A stretch of DNA of 64,000 bases from an uncultured archaeon (GTDB taxonomy: Archaea; Asgardarchaeota; Thorarchaeia; Thorarchaeales; Thorarchaeaceae), in assembly GCA_964558645.1 (NCBI GenBank), contig CAZLEV010000002.1:32001-96000 (forward strand), read 5' to 3'. A program made the position numbers and the translations under genes. This document shows, in pieces, positions 48,832 through 58,392 of the stretch (positions are counted from its first letter, which is position 1; every line of letters begins with the position of its first letter). A model generated the notes under the pieces. It was not told the origin of the DNA. It made no database searches and saw only the letters and a program-made list of their open reading frames with translations.

Positions 48832-50613
48832 TTGAATAGTCATAAGACAATCGTAATCGACCTCGAAGAGAACGAGAAGTGCCAGATAGGCCAGTTCAAT
48901 GAACTGGAAAAGGCGGAGGTATCTTCAGTCCTCAGTGTCAAGAACGTCTCGGAGAAAAACAGAATCTGGAACGTAAGGGTACACCTTGCGGATTCAAGGG
49001 GCGGAACAGACATTGATGATGAAAATCTTGTTGCCGGAGAGATCGATGCCGGAGCTGAATGGGAATACAACTATGCTGTCGACATAGATGCACCACTGTT
49101 AGTGGTGAATGAGGTCTTCAATACATGTTCGGAAGTGCACACGGAAGACCCACACTGGGCGTATGCGTTCGGTAAGAAGAATCCTGTTGAGATTGTTCTT
49201 ACAGTGAAGAACAACAGCAGTGGAGTCATCGATAACATAATCGTGAACAAGACAATTCCGAAGGAATTGAGTCAGGTTACGGTTCAAGTCTCAGAGAAGG
49301 GGAGTGCGGAGTACGACGAGGGAACCAAACAGGTCTTCTGGAAAGATGTGAAGGTCGATCCAGGTGAAAAGGCCAGGCTCTCGATTACTGCCATCGGAGA
49401 AGTAGAAGACTCTGAGATGAAGAATGCTGGAGAGCTTGTTGTTAGCTATCGCGCTGAAGGGCAACAGAAATCATCCCTCAATCCAGATTTGACCGGTCTG
49501 ACTGAGTTTCTGACTGGAATAGAAACAGCAGAGACCGAACCGAATTGTTGGAAGGTCACTCTGGAATGCTCCAACGAGAGCGATCTCATGGTTCGTCTAG
49601 AAAAGGCACAGATATTTCTCCACCCCGAGGAGGGAGGAGAGAAGCAACTCATGGTGGACGACAAACCCGCATTAGAAATGGAGCCGGGCCTGGAATGGAC
49701 AACTTCCTTCGAGGTTGAGAGCAAGTCGCCTCCAAAATGCACCCAAGAAGTCACCTATACTCCGATGCGAGTCATAGAGAAACGAGTGCTTGGCAGAATG
49801 GTGAAAGAGCCACAGCAGATTCCTGTCTATGAGGTTGATTATTCGAAGACCTTTGACCCGCCGGAGGTGAGCAGTTTCGATAAGACACCCATTGAAGTCA
49901 ACATTGACGTCAAGAATACGGGTTCTGCGCCTATCAATGAGATAGTCATCGAGGATCATCTACCTAACGATGTCATGCCTCCGAAGAAAGAACATGTCAC
50001 GATCTGGATTGGTGGTGACGAGTATAACGGTCCATTTGATCTCGTCATGGAACCCGATGATCAAGACCCTGAGACACCTCACAAACTGACCTTCACAATA
50101 GGAGGGCTCAAAGAGATTGTTGGGGAGCTTGAACCAGGAAAGAGTCTGAAGATCAACTACGCGGTAATGGCATGGAAGAGCCGTCCCGAGAAGGATTACC
50201 CAAGTCCGATTCGAGTTGCAGCCAACATACATCCTCCAGGGCTTGTGACAGAGATCAGCAGTGAAGAGGGCAAACACAAGATCGGAGTTGTATACAAGAA
50301 GAGGCGTATATCAACCAAGAAAGCCATAAACAAGGGGGCTGGCGCTGGCGAGTATTCGGTGCTTCTTGTTGTAGAGAATCGAGGTGAAGTGACCGTCGAG
50401 AATGTGAAAGTCACGGACTGGATTCCTTCAGGGTTCGAATTTGTTTCGGTGGAGCCTCCTGAAGAGGAACCCGCTCTGGCCCAAGTTGAGGACGGCACCA
50501 ATATCACTTGGCTCTGGACAAGAATGAATCCGGGAGATAAGAAGAAACTACGGGTCCATGTCAGAGGTGAGGGAGAATACGAGCGACGTGAGCCCAAAGT
50601 CATCTCCGACTAG
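48832..50613 (+). CDS. multi beta-sandwich (DUF11/Ig-like, possibly mu-homology-like) protein without signal peptide
   Basis: Repeated VxNxG...(I/V)xDx(I/L)P...PG(E/D)K units; acidic; no hydrophobic segment. Confidence 0.6.
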   Translation: MNSHKTIVIDLEENEKCQIGQFNELEKAEVSSVLSVKNVSEKNRIWNVRVHLADSRGGTDIDDENLVAGEIDAGAEWEYNYAVDIDAPLLVVNEVFNTCSEVHTEDPHWAYAFGKKNPVEIVLTVKNNSSGVIDNIIVNKTIPKELSQVTVQVSEKGSAEYDEGTKQVFWKDVKVDPGEKARLSITAIGEVEDSEMKNAGELVVSYRAEGQQKSSLNPDLTGLTEFLTGIETAETEPNCWKVTLECSNESDLMVRLEKAQIFLHPEEGGEKQLMVDDKPALEMEPGLEWTTSFEVESKSPPKCTQEVTYTPMRVIEKRVLGRMVKEPQQIPVYEVDYSKTFDPPEVSSFDKTPIEVNIDVKNTGSAPINEIVIEDHLPNDVMPPKKEHVTIWIGGDEYNGPFDLVMEPDDQDPETPHKLTFTIGGLKEIVGELEPGKSLKINYAVMAWKSRPEKDYPSPIRVAANIHPPGLVTEISSEEGKHKIGVVYKKRRISTKKAINKGAGAGEYSVLLVVENRGEVTVENVKVTDWIPSGFEFVSVEPPEEEPALAQVEDGTNITWLWTRMNPGDKKKLRVHVRGEGEYERREPKVISD

Positions 50614-50642
50614 CAGACTGCTCAATCAATTTGGCTCAGGTT

Positions 50643-50668
50643 GGTGATGGGGACTTTTGTCCCCCACC
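50643..50668. terminator. hairpin between convergent genes
   Basis: GGTGATGGGGAC-TTTT-GTCCCCCACC. Confidence 0.5.
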
Positions 50669-50681
50669 TTCCATCAAAGAA

Positions 50682-51026
50682 CTAAGATACTTCCTTTTCG
50701 AGCTCTTGGAGCTCCTTTCTTGTGGCTTCCAGCTCCGCATCTATATCTTCCAGCGGGATATAGTCCTCGTCCTCTTCCATCGGATGCGTATCCAGCGTGT
50801 AGAGGACGTTGAATCCAGCAAGCGTGGCATGAAGCGCATTGGCAATCTCGATAATTGCCGTGGTGAGGTCCTTCTCACTCATGTCCTCCTCAGAATGCTC
50901 GTAGACAAAATCGTAGGCACCGCGAATGGGTGTGAATCCGAGCTCCAGTAGTTTCTGGATGATAAGAGAGGGCGATGCACCTTCACTATTGAACCATACA
51001 CTGACTCGTGTAACATAACCAGACAT
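50682..51026 (-). CDS. conserved archaeal hypothetical protein
   Basis: VWFNSEGASPS...LGFTPIRGAYDFVY motif; GGAGGT RBS. Confidence 0.7.
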   Translation of the reverse strand: MSGYVTRVSVWFNSEGASPSLIIQKLLELGFTPIRGAYDFVYEHSEEDMSEKDLTTAIIEIANALHATLAGFNVLYTLDTHPMEEDEDYIPLEDIDAELEATRKELQELEKEVS

Positions 51027-51078
51027 CTAATTAGAGACCTCCACTGTGTTGAACAGATGCACCGCACATGCAAATCCT

Positions 51079-52200
51079 TTAAGCATTTCCTAGAGGACCT
51101 CGTCCGATGTCCTCGTGCACAAACATCGACGGTCCCTCATGAAGAAGGGTATGCTCCCAGATACGCTTGCAGTCACATTCTACCTCAAGGAGCCTCTGGG
51201 TATCCTGGGTCAAGGAGTATTCCCGGACTGCCTTGACGATGGTCGAATCACATTTCCCGCAGTTGTGGGTACCACGCGACTTGCCCCCAGCCACAGGATC
51301 ACAGAGAATTCTCATGCTGACAGGATGTGACTCTCGAGACCGGCGAAGTATCTCAATCAAGGTCCAGAGCCAGGGCGGGCGATAATCACCTCTCCGCCAG
51401 AGCTGCTCGACCAGCGTGAAGCGCTGGATGTTCACAGGGTTGACCGACACAGTGGTGACCTTCATATCTGCTGCATCTGATATCGTTCTGACTGCATCCT
51501 CCAGAGCAGCTCGCTCGGTCATGAAGGGGGGCTTGACCAGAACATATGCTCGGGTTCCCACTCCGAATTCCAGTGCCCTCTCTACCGCGGATTTGAAATC
51601 TTCCGTGCTGAAGCCCTTGTTGATGCATATCTGTCTCACGAGGTCATTGCTGCTCTCGAGACCCATCCCAATCTCAACATGCTTGTTTTCAAGTGTCTGA
51701 GCGATGAATTGAAGGGCACTGTCAGTAACAAACTCAGGTCGCGACTCAAGGACCACTTCTTTGACACGGTCATCACTGCCTAAATGCTCAACTATTGCTC
51801 GACGGGCGTCTAGTGGTACCTCGCTTTCGTCAAGAAAACTGCCACTTGTGTATATTTTCACGGAGAGCGGTTCTGTTTCTCCTGCTAATGCGTCCATGCC
51901 CTTTTCGAATTGTGACAACAGATGATCTGAGGACACCGCCCTATTCGTGCCGTCAAGAAGGTAGCTACACATGGTACACCCCCCAGCCTCACTCAGGGCA
52001 TATGAACAACCATGTGTCGAGAGAACCAGAGAGAGAGCAGTTCCGGTCGCCTGCCCGATCGGTGCGGAGGCCACCCATTTTGCAGCAGGCCTTGTAGGGT
52101 CACGTCTTCTTCTGCGAGATATCGAGGATTTCCTGGCCCGTATATTGGCCTCCCGAATCAGTTGTCCAATGTCTGCTAGTGCTTTTGACATCATCATCAC
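51079..52200 (-). CDS. archaeosine biosynthesis radical SAM protein RaSEA
   Basis: GCSYALSEAGGCTMCSY, KIYTSGSFLD, ESRPEF, YRPPWLW, RGTHNCGKC; overlaps arcS. Confidence 0.88.
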   Translation of the reverse strand: MMMMSKALADIGQLIREANIRARKSSISRRRRRDPTRPAAKWVASAPIGQATGTALSLVLSTHGCSYALSEAGGCTMCSYLLDGTNRAVSSDHLLSQFEKGMDALAGETEPLSVKIYTSGSFLDESEVPLDARRAIVEHLGSDDRVKEVVLESRPEFVTDSALQFIAQTLENKHVEIGMGLESSNDLVRQICINKGFSTEDFKSAVERALEFGVGTRAYVLVKPPFMTERAALEDAVRTISDAADMKVTTVSVNPVNIQRFTLVEQLWRRGDYRPPWLWTLIEILRRSRESHPVSMRILCDPVAGGKSRGTHNCGKCDSTIVKAVREYSLTQDTQRLLEVECDCKRIWEHTLLHEGPSMFVHEDIGRGPLGNA

Positions 52201-54131
52201 TCCAGAGTATGCCGCAAGGATATGGCTCTTCCATTATCAAAGGCACACATCTCGCGACCAGACATCTCACTCTTTCCCACGCCCACTACCTCGTCATCGA
52301 CGTTTATTACGACGACCTCATCACCCGGCCGAATGGACGAATCGGCATCGGATATGCCCACCGCAAACAGAGAACCGCCCCGGATGCGTTTTCCGTCGAA
52401 TTTGACCCAATACCGACCAGTCTCCTTCAGAATGGCTCCTCCCTCCAAGGTCAAGGATAGAAGGCCATTCTGTCCGACAAAGGAACACAACTGCGAGCCC
52501 TCCAGTTCGCAGATCACCAGATGAAAGAGCTTCCCGCGGAGGTCAGCACCTTCAGGTATCAATAATCGGCCTGTTCCTCTGCCGAACTGAAAATCGGCTG
52601 TGGCTCGAAGGGCTTCCTCGCGTTTCACAGGAGGGGCCGCCTCCAGTGGGATGACACCGCGCATATCAGTGAGTGTTGCTTCCAATGAAGACAGAGCATC
52701 GCGCCGTGTTGCAGAGTCATCAGAGTCGGTGTATATTATCGGCTGCTGAACTCTGTCCTCAGCCTCTGCAACTACCTGACGGTATCCACCGGAGACGTGA
52801 GCTACCACCACAGCTTCGTCAGAGAATTTCGATAGGTGATTAACCAGAGCATCTGCTGCAAGCCTCAACTCCTCCGAGTCCCAGTCACCGGTCACGGGAA
52901 TATCGTAGTTCGCCACAGGGAATATCCTTTCGAGCTCACGAGGAATGACACCTAGTGGTGAGGTGAGTATCGTCTCTGCAACCTCACGGCGTGCACCACC
53001 AATTGCCGAAGAAATCGTGCGGTCAAAGAGATGATGCGAACGCGACTCAGAATAGGGCTTTCTGGCTGAACAGGGCAGGAGGAGGACAAGTTTCTTCCTC
53101 GTCGGAGGTGTGTAACGGTCAGCGAGGCGTTCTCGGAAGCGACGTACTGCAGGTGCGTTGTAACTCTCGGGACCGATCAAGGGCAGGACTTGGTCTCCTG
53201 CGGTAGGTGTGAACTCCTCGATGAAATCATACAGATCCGCATCAACCCTGCGTAGTGCGGATGCAAGAGAGGGGCTTCTATGCGTCATGCCCTCAACAAG
53301 TGCCCTCAAAAGCCCTGTGTCCATCCCATGGCGAGCCTCTGAGAGTACTCCCTTGTAGCTCTCAAGATTGTGCCCTGTGATGATGTCATAACGCACCGAT
53401 TCGGTCAGTTCGGTCAGATTCTTACCTTTGCACGAACTGCAGGCACAATACCTCGGAGCGATATGTTTCTCTTTCACGCTCTCTATTCCATCTCTCCATA
53501 GTCGGGTATCAATAGCAGCTGCACGCTGGGAGAATGCGGTGTCCAGAACATCAAAACCAAGATAGTAGAGCAGAGGGATGTGTGCCGGTTCAATTCTCCC
53601 CAAGGCTAGGCAGGTCCAGTTTAGAGGCAGAATCCTTCGAAGACAGACGGCCCTCATATCGTGTGGTCCAAACGTTCCGTCGAGAGTAAACGATGCAGCA
53701 CGTACACCCAAGCTCTCAAAGGCCGAGAGTGACTCAGATAGAACCTTCGAGGATACCCGGTTTGGAATGCGAGCAATCGCTCGCACAGGATCCAGCTCAA
53801 GCTTATTGTCCCTTAGTATCTCCAGTTGCCTATTGAGAATATGCTGTCCGATAGCCTCGTCCAATGTCGAAGAGCCTGGCAGAGATGGGAGGAGATAGAG
53901 ATCGGTTTCAGAGATGCCAATTGCCTTTGTGAATATCCCCTCAGAGAGCGAGTAGATACAGCAATCCCGTGATTCTCGGCCCCAAATATCGAGAAACCTG
54001 TAACGTCCGGCTGTATCGGTTTCTTCGTCCAGCCGCAGGAGAGCAGGAAGAGGAATCTTCGCTCCGTTCAGTTCGATGTGCCCGATTCTTGCCGGACCGT
54101 AGTGCCCCCGTTCAATCATCAACATCTTCAA
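52197..54131 (-). CDS. arcS: archaeosine synthase alpha subunit (TGT-like, PUA domain)
   Basis: LLLPCSARKPYSESRSH, TSPLGVIPRELE, YDIPVTGDW, C-terminal PUA. Confidence 0.88.
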   Translation of the reverse strand: MKMLMIERGHYGPARIGHIELNGAKIPLPALLRLDEETDTAGRYRFLDIWGRESRDCCIYSLSEGIFTKAIGISETDLYLLPSLPGSSTLDEAIGQHILNRQLEILRDNKLELDPVRAIARIPNRVSSKVLSESLSAFESLGVRAASFTLDGTFGPHDMRAVCLRRILPLNWTCLALGRIEPAHIPLLYYLGFDVLDTAFSQRAAAIDTRLWRDGIESVKEKHIAPRYCACSSCKGKNLTELTESVRYDIITGHNLESYKGVLSEARHGMDTGLLRALVEGMTHRSPSLASALRRVDADLYDFIEEFTPTAGDQVLPLIGPESYNAPAVRRFRERLADRYTPPTRKKLVLLLPCSARKPYSESRSHHLFDRTISSAIGGARREVAETILTSPLGVIPRELERIFPVANYDIPVTGDWDSEELRLAADALVNHLSKFSDEAVVVAHVSGGYRQVVAEAEDRVQQPIIYTDSDDSATRRDALSSLEATLTDMRGVIPLEAAPPVKREEALRATADFQFGRGTGRLLIPEGADLRGKLFHLVICELEGSQLCSFVGQNGLLSLTLEGGAILKETGRYWVKFDGKRIRGGSLFAVGISDADSSIRPGDEVVVINVDDEVVGVGKSEMSGREMCAFDNGRAISLRHTLE

Positions 54132-54143
54132 TCACCTCAATAT

Positions 54144-56819
54144 CTAGACCAGTGGCTCATACCTTCTGTAGGCCTTCGTATCAACACTCGTCTCTGTTCC
54201 AGTCAGTACTTGCCGCACAGCATCAAGAGCCCCGTATCGAAAGAGCGGCTTGTTGTTGTTGCCGCACTGATATGAATAAGTACAGAGAGGACAACCGTCC
54301 ACGGTCTTACAATCACACTTCGCCAATATGGTTTCGGTACGTTCAAAGGCCTCCCGGAGTCGTCCATAAAGAAGCTTGGAAGCACCATTACCCCCCGGGC
54401 TACCATCATAGACGAAGATGATCCCCGAGTCGCCCATAGAAACACCGCCAATCTCCCGCGTGCTGCCCCCAGTGAGCATATCGCTGGATTCAATCAACAC
54501 ATGTTCAAATGCGTGAAATGCTCCGCCATATAGCTCCGGTGGACCCATCCGATCGCCCGCTAGATGACTGAGTGAACCTTCTAGGTAGTCATTGACAGAT
54601 TTCACAGGCTCAGGAGACTTGAAGGCGAAGCCGCGAGTCAGATAGCTATACTCAAGGGGAAAATCAAGCTGGGACCGTGAGACTACTCTACCACTTCGGG
54701 TCTCTCTTGTCACATAACCGTCAACCGTCTGGGTCATCTCAAGCGTACAGTATATCACTCCAAGCCCGAGGAGGTCCTGTTCCTCATGAACCTCGACGAT
54801 ACGTGGCATCGTACTATACAGGGGACGTGTGTGGATGGACCTGTCCCTGTAAGGAACAACAACGGCACGCCCCAATCCCTTTGTGTAGTCGAACTCGATC
54901 GACTTGTAGTTCTTGCCCCCGTGCAGATAGATTGCGCCCGGGTGTAGCTCTTGGGCTGCCATCGGCATGTTTCGTTCGCCCAGCGTCTTCTTTCCGGACT
55001 TGATCTGAACGGTGTCACCTATCCCGCGAATTGAGTAGCCCCGCCACTCGCGCTGAGCTCTCTGAGGGTCAATCACAGTGACGGCTCCATCCTCCGATAC
55101 TTCAACAATATCCTCGTCTTCTAAGCGAGAGAGAATCCCGCGCTGACGAGGAAAGGTATCAGCTGACAACTTACCACTCATCGCTGCAGCAATCAGCTGG
55201 TAGTATCCCACAACTTCGTTATCCGGCTCCATATATGCCGCATCGATATCCGTGAAGTACTTCTCGGGTTTGTGTCTGTAAAAGGATGAGATTGGGTCGT
55301 TCTCTCTGAGTGCAAGAACAGCAACACTCTCTTGGCCCTGCCTGCCTGCACGTCCAATCCTCTGAGTCAGGCGAGTTATGGATACAATCATGCTCACAAC
55401 GCTATCAAGGTCTCCGATGTCGATACCGAGCTCAAGAGTGGGTGTGGATACAATCACCGACAGGGCTCCTGAACGAAACTGTTCCTCGACTTCATTCCTG
55501 TATTTCTTTGGAAGGCCTGCTCTGTGGACCTTCGATCTCATCCCCTGCTCGCTGATGAGCATGTTGAGTACTTCTGCCTCTGAATGAGTGTTACCGAAAA
55601 CAAGAGTCTTGAAACCGCCTCTCTGGAGCATTCCAACAATATCAACTATCATGCTGTACTTGCTTCGCTCACCAGGATAGTACATCATGAAGTGGATTGG
55701 ACCCCGCTTAGCCCTGTCTGATTCAATCAGTCTGACATCTGAGTCGAAGACCTGTTCAGCAAATTCCTTGGGGTTTGAAACCGTAGCAGATGCTCCAATC
55801 TTCTGAAACTCACCAGACTCCAGAGCAAGACGTCTAAGAATGTAGTAGACATTAGAGCCCATGGAACCCGTATAGAGGTGAATCTCATCCAAGACAACAT
55901 ATTGTACTGTGCGAAGAATCGGTATCAGCCGAGAGCGATTCCATCCCAGATGGTAGTGCAGAACATCCGGATTCGTCAGGAGGATATCAGGAGGCCGGGC
56001 GTAGATCTTACGTCTCGCATTCTGCCCGACATCTCCGTCGAAGATACCCACTGTGAGAGTGGACTCCTCGCACATCCTCTGGATCTTCTCGTATTGGTCT
56101 CTTGCTAGAGCCTTTGTTGGATATACCAATAGCGCCCGGACGCCAGGGTTTCCAAAAGACTCCCGAGCACCGAGCAACAGTTGCCTGATGATTGGAAGTA
56201 TGAAGGCTTCCGTCTTCCCCTGGGCAGTTGGAGCTGCGATGACTACATTCTCACCATGCTGGATGGCGTGGTAGGCCTCAGTCTGAAACCTGTACATCCG
56301 CTCTATACCCTTTGATAGTAGATGTTCTTTGAGTCGTGTTGGAATCTTGAGTTCCTCGAGACTCTCTCCATATTCTGCTTCGCTCGTGGGAAAATGCTTG
56401 TATGCGACCAGATAGTCCCTGCCGGCGGAGAGGAGTGTCCGGATCTGTTCGGGAAGGTCGTTGAGCCCAATGCCCTCTTCAGATACAAGCTCTCGAATCT
56501 TGTCCACGGACTGCACCTTGGAGGATGAAATTCTACCCCGTCTCTTTCTGGGTGCTTGAGAGGTGGAGCTCTCGGTTTTCACAGTCTGGCCACCAGACTG
56601 AGGTGTTCCTATGGACCCACTCTGGATCGCCTTGGTATACGCATCATAGGCATCAAAGAGGTCGTTTCTTCTACCGTCTAGAGAGATCTCTGCATTGCAC
56701 GATGGACAGAGAACTGTCCATATACCACCACTCTTGAATATATCAAGTTTTGAGCCACATTTGGCACAATGCAGTACTGGCACATCAATCGAGCAAAGGT
56801 CTTCTGAGGTTCTTATCAA
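54144..56819 (-). CDS. Hrq1/YprA(SftH)-type DEAH helicase with DUF1998 Zn domain and N-terminal Zn ribbon
   Basis: APTAQGKT, LDEIH, STPTLELGIDIG, QRIGRAGR, CDC...GCPLC. Confidence 0.88.
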   Translation of the reverse strand: MIRTSEDLCSIDVPVLHCAKCGSKLDIFKSGGIWTVLCPSCNAEISLDGRRNDLFDAYDAYTKAIQSGSIGTPQSGGQTVKTESSTSQAPRKRRGRISSSKVQSVDKIRELVSEEGIGLNDLPEQIRTLLSAGRDYLVAYKHFPTSEAEYGESLEELKIPTRLKEHLLSKGIERMYRFQTEAYHAIQHGENVVIAAPTAQGKTEAFILPIIRQLLLGARESFGNPGVRALLVYPTKALARDQYEKIQRMCEESTLTVGIFDGDVGQNARRKIYARPPDILLTNPDVLHYHLGWNRSRLIPILRTVQYVVLDEIHLYTGSMGSNVYYILRRLALESGEFQKIGASATVSNPKEFAEQVFDSDVRLIESDRAKRGPIHFMMYYPGERSKYSMIVDIVGMLQRGGFKTLVFGNTHSEAEVLNMLISEQGMRSKVHRAGLPKKYRNEVEEQFRSGALSVIVSTPTLELGIDIGDLDSVVSMIVSITRLTQRIGRAGRQGQESVAVLALRENDPISSFYRHKPEKYFTDIDAAYMEPDNEVVGYYQLIAAAMSGKLSADTFPRQRGILSRLEDEDIVEVSEDGAVTVIDPQRAQREWRGYSIRGIGDTVQIKSGKKTLGERNMPMAAQELHPGAIYLHGGKNYKSIEFDYTKGLGRAVVVPYRDRSIHTRPLYSTMPRIVEVHEEQDLLGLGVIYCTLEMTQTVDGYVTRETRSGRVVSRSQLDFPLEYSYLTRGFAFKSPEPVKSVNDYLEGSLSHLAGDRMGPPELYGGAFHAFEHVLIESSDMLTGGSTREIGGVSMGDSGIIFVYDGSPGGNGASKLLYGRLREAFERTETILAKCDCKTVDGCPLCTYSYQCGNNNKPLFRYGALDAVRQVLTGTETSVDTKAYRRYEPLV

Positions 56820-56937
56820 GGTTTACAAGTGACTTGCACTCGAGTAGGACCATCCTAAAGAGGATGATACATCACAATACTTTTAACGGGTGTGCAGGAA
56901 ATCTACACAACCGACCGTATGAATCGGGAGATGATGA

Positions 56938-57303
56938 TTGATGGTAGAAGAAATCGATGCAAAAGAACTGGAGAAAGTAATCGCTGAGAACAAGGTGGTC
57001 TTTGTGGACTGTCATGCAGTCTGGTGCCACCCCTGCAAGATGCTTACCCCGATCATGGAAGAACTTCATGAGAAGTACTCTGAGAAGGGCTTCAAGGTAG
57101 TCAAGTTAGATGTTGATCAGAACCGACAGTTTAGCGCCGAGAACAGAATAACAGGCGTGCCAAGTGTTCTGGTCTATACTGATGGGCAGAGAGTCGTCTT
57201 CGACGATGGAAGCGGAAAGAAGACAGACAAGCTTGTAGGAGTCATGCCACAAGAAGTCTATGGCGAGCTTGTTGAGAACCTGCTTGCTCAATCTACGGCA
57301 TAA
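56938..57303 (+). CDS. thioredoxin
   Basis: WCHPC, KLDVD, GVP. Confidence 0.9.
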   Translation: MMVEEIDAKELEKVIAENKVVFVDCHAVWCHPCKMLTPIMEELHEKYSEKGFKVVKLDVDQNRQFSAENRITGVPSVLVYTDGQRVVFDDGSGKKTDKLVGVMPQEVYGELVENLLAQSTA

Positions 57304-57324
57304 TCGAACAATCGTATCGTACTG

Positions 57325-57348
57325 GGAGGGGCACTCTCCCCTCCTTTC
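57325..57348 (+). terminator. GC hairpin followed by a pyrimidine tract
   Basis: GGAGGGG-CACTCT-CCCCTCC then TTTC. Confidence 0.5.
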
Positions 57349-57392
57349 ATCTCTATTTCTTCATTCTGCTGACACACTAGTTACATTCATAG

Positions 57393-57791
57393 GTGCCTAC
57401 CATACTGGCGCCAGTGAGCGTGAATGACTTGGTGAAGGACGCTGTGCCCGTTGATGTTCAGAGAATTGCGGATTCTAAGGAATTGGTCATTGTAGATTGT
57501 TGGGCTCCTTGGTGCGGACCGTGTCGAACATTAGGACCAATACTGGAAGAGCTGGAATCGAAGTACTCGGACCAAGATGATATTGCCTTTCTGAAGATCG
57601 ATGTTCAAGAGCACAGAGATTTTGCCGCCAGCAATCGTATCTCTGCAATTCCCTGTGTGCTGGTATATCACAATGGAAACAGGGTGAAGTTTCATGTTCC
57701 GGGGCCAAAAGGAGCGAAGATAGAGACCGATCGCGTCATTGGCCTGAGGGCGCCAGAAGATTATGAGTTCGTCATCAAGCAATTCCTCTAG
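57393..57791 (+). CDS. thioredoxin
   Basis: WAPWCGPC, KIDV, AIP. Confidence 0.9.
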   Translation: MPTILAPVSVNDLVKDAVPVDVQRIADSKELVIVDCWAPWCGPCRTLGPILEELESKYSDQDDIAFLKIDVQEHRDFAASNRISAIPCVLVYHNGNRVKFHVPGPKGAKIETDRVIGLRAPEDYEFVIKQFL

Positions 57792-57866
57792 CTCTGGCTA
57801 TACTATATGATGTTTTATATCGCAGTAGACAGTGGTGTAGACAATAGACTTGTGGAGACACAGATA

Positions 57867-58391
57867 ATGCCCGTACTACCTTTTGGCGATAAGAACCCAA
57901 GTATTCACTCGACAGCATTCGTAAGTCCACAGGCCACTGTTGTCGGAGATGTGGAGATAGGAGCTAGGGCCAGCATCTGGCCGGGAGCTGTCATCAGAGG
58001 CGACTATGCTTCGGTGAGAATAGGAGAAGAGACCTGTGTTCAGGATAGTGTTGTCATCCATGCGCATGAGGAGGATAACCCGGCCATCATTGGAGGCAAG
58101 ACGGTGATTGGTAGCGCTTCAGTGCTTCATGGCGTCTATGTGGGAGATGCTGCCAATATCGGAGAGGGCTGCGTTGTGTTCGATGGTGCCACACTGGGAG
58201 AGGGAGTACTACTTACACCGGGAAGCATCGTGCCCGCCAACGTTGTCATCCCGCCCAGAAGTCTCAACAGTGGTGCCCCAGCAGCTCAGGTAAGGGAACT
58301 CTCTCGTGAAGAAGTGGAGAAGCAGACCTATAGAGCGGAAATCATCGCTCAGGTATTCCAGAAACTCAGGAACTGGCAGCTGATTGTATAG
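57867..58391 (+). CDS. gamma-carbonic anhydrase-like left-handed beta-helix protein (ORF open from 57807)
   Basis: PSIHSTAFV, VVGDVEIG, IWPGAVIRGD, VQDSVVIH, SGAPA. Confidence 0.85.
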   Translation: MPVLPFGDKNPSIHSTAFVSPQATVVGDVEIGARASIWPGAVIRGDYASVRIGEETCVQDSVVIHAHEEDNPAIIGGKTVIGSASVLHGVYVGDAANIGEGCVVFDGATLGEGVLLTPGSIVPANVVIPPRSLNSGAPAAQVRELSREEVEKQTYRAEIIAQVFQKLRNWQLIV

Positions 58392-58392
58392 G

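Noticed and set aside
51079-54131. Novel radical SAM/TGT pathway
   Set aside because: Matches the established ArcS-RaSEA archaeosine pathway
56938-57791. Selenocysteine thioredoxins
   Set aside because: Both active sites are ordinary CxxC encoded by Cys codons
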